Below, one piece after another: positions 52,118 to 53,376 of a stretch of 53,376 bases of DNA. Position 1 is the first letter of the stretch; every line of letters begins with the position of its first letter. Source of the DNA: Patescibacteria group bacterium (GTDB lineage Bacteria; Patescibacteriota; Minisyncoccia; UBA6257; JACRHW01); assembly GCA_028865725.1 (NCBI GenBank), contig JAGWJP010000001.1:1-53376 (forward strand). Reading direction: 5' to 3'. A program made the position numbers and the translations under genes. The notes under the pieces were generated by a model. That model saw nothing but the letters and a program-made list of their open reading frames with translations. It was not told the origin of the DNA and did no database searches.

Positions 52118-53376
52118 GGAAGGATGGCGGTAAGGAGATTTTTCCCCGTCATTTCTTTGGGGATAGGGATCGCAAGGATGGAAAGAAGAGTCGGGGCGAC
52201 GTCACTTAATATGCCGGTTCCGAGTTGGGCGGGAGTACCGGCAAACGCCATGTTTACGATATAGATAGGCACAGGATTAGGGTCGTGTTTAGTTTTTGGT
52301 TCACCCGTATAGGCGTCGCGTACGTTTTCAACATTGCCATGATCTGCAGTGATAATGAGATAGGTATCGGGGCGTTTTTCGACCGCAGCGACAAGTTGCT
52401 GCAGTTGAGCATCGAGTACTTCTGCTGACTGTCGTGCAAGGTCAAACTCTCCTGCATGCGCAATGAGATCAGCATTGGCATAGTTGATGACAATGAGATC
52501 ATACTGTGATTCCTGTAATGCGGCCAAACAGCGTTCCGTAATTTCCGGTGCTTTAAAATTGGGTGCAGATTCTTTTGCGGTGAGATTGTTGGAGGGGACT
52601 AATATTCTGTCTTCATGAGGAAATGGCGTATCTCGAAATCCGTTAAAGAAGTATGTCACGTGGGCATACTTATCGGTTTCCGCGATTTTCAGTTGCGTTT
52701 TTCCCGCGTCTGATACCGCCTTACTCACCGAAGTGGTGATGAGTTCTGTGGGAAATGCGACGTGGGCAGTAAACGTTTTTTTGTATTCTGTAAACGTTGC
52801 GACGTAACAATTGGTAGGGATATGAGCATTGAATTCATGGAATTCTGGTAACGCGAAAGGTGTCGCAATTTGGCGAATGGAATCCTCCCTAAAGTCTGTA
52901 AAGATAACCGCATCGTTATCTTCTATAATGCCATGCTCTTCAGGGGGAAGGAATGTGTAGGGTGGCACGAATTCATCGGTGAGGTGTTGCGCATACGTAG
53001 AGCGAAAGGCATCATCTAGCGTGGGTGCGTAGGTTCCTTTCCCTGTGGTAAGCAGTTCATAGGCTTGTTGTGTACGATCCCAGTGTCCGTCTCGGTCCAT
53101 ACCGTAATATCTTCCGCATGTTGTTGCGATTTTTCCCACCCCTATCTCATTCAGCCGTTCTTGCAGCTGTTTCATTAAATCGAGTCCGCCTTCTGGGGGG
53201 CCATCGCGTCCATCGCCAAATGGATGAAAATAGACACGCGTGATGCCGTGCTGTTTGGCAAGCATAGCCAGTGCAACAATATGTTCGAATGCACCATGTA
53301 CTGTTCCGCTTGTGAGAATACCTACCACATGGAGTTTGGATTGGTATTGAGAGACATGATTAATAGCGCCAAGAAG
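52114..53376 (-). CDS. gpmI: 2,3-bisphosphoglycerate-independent phosphoglycerate mutase (N-terminus outside window)
   Basis: ITADHGNVENV, YANADLIAHAG and FHPFGDGRD motifs. The frame stays open to the window edge. Confidence 0.85.
   Translation of the reverse strand, partial: LLGAINHVSQYQSKLHVVGILTSGTVHGAFEHIVALAMLAKQHGITRVYFHPFGDGRDGPPEGGLDLMKQLQERLNEIGVGKIATTCGRYYGMDRDGHWDRTQQAYELLTTGKGTYAPTLDDAFRSTYAQHLTDEFVPPYTFLPPEEHGIIEDNDAVIFTDFREDSIRQIATPFALPEFHEFNAHIPTNCYVATFTEYKKTFTAHVAFPTELITTSVSKAVSDAGKTQLKIAETDKYAHVTYFFNGFRDTPFPHEDRILVPSNNLTAKESAPNFKAPEITERCLAALQESQYDLIVINYANADLIAHAGEFDLARQSAEVLDAQLQQLVAAVEKRPDTYLIITADHGNVENVRDAYTGEPKTKHDPNPVPIYIVNMAFAGTPAQLGTGILSDVAPTLLSILAIPIPKEMTGKNLLTAILP

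Noticed and set aside
1-53376. Alternative genetic code (UGA or UAG reassignment, as in some CPR lineages)
   Set aside because: Conserved genes (ileS, argS, rnj, polX, the ribosomal proteins) read through at full length with the standard code. TGA, TAA and TAG all occur as natural ends of recognisable proteins. The single in-frame TAG in the GH130 paralog is isolated.

Overview
This is a compact, AT-leaning bacterial chromosome segment read with the standard code. Its gene style fits a Patescibacteria/CPR-like genome, but that placement is inference only. The window has three parts. (1) 1-25.2 kb is chromosomal backbone. It holds a cell-surface glycan cluster (GT1, GT2, epimerase, priming sugar transferase, Wzx-like flippase, O-antigen-ligase-like protein), tRNA-Arg(CCG), a guanylate kinase fusion, family-4 UDG, a membrane-anchored Clp/Hsp100 ATPase, PolX, Nudix, infC-rpmI-rplT, a HAD hydrolase and three tandem GH130-like genes. 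(2) About 25.26-38.1 kb is an AT-richer integrative element inserted into the 3' end of the tmRNA gene (ssrA, 38093-38451, minus strand, next to smpB). It carries a large serine recombinase whose ORF runs across the att core. It also carries a P-loop replication-type protein, a wHTH protein, a type II R-M pair, a PD-(D/E)xK-like nuclease, an orphan HslV-like peptidase, a repeat-rich 0.87-kb non-coding region, and a tight four-gene operon (ClpP-like protease, 3-TM protein, protein with an Rx4H HEPN-like motif, TM-anchored helical protein). That operon is my best candidate for an undescribed defence or abortive-infection system. (3) 38.5-53.4 kb is backbone again: smpB, argS, ileS, trpS, RNase J, tRNA-Leu(CAG), an OppA-like binding protein, secG, a DUF360-like protein and a partial gpmI. 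The ileS gene carries an inserted histidine-phosphatase domain. Other points worth a second look are two tandem attL-like junctions encoding a conserved peptide tail, a promoter-plus-terminator-bracketed small RNA or leader at 9.2 kb, an in-frame TAG in the third GH130 paralog, a Trp-rich micro-ORF in a GC-rich patch, and several long palindromes. All functional calls come from motif recognition by eye, with no database search.
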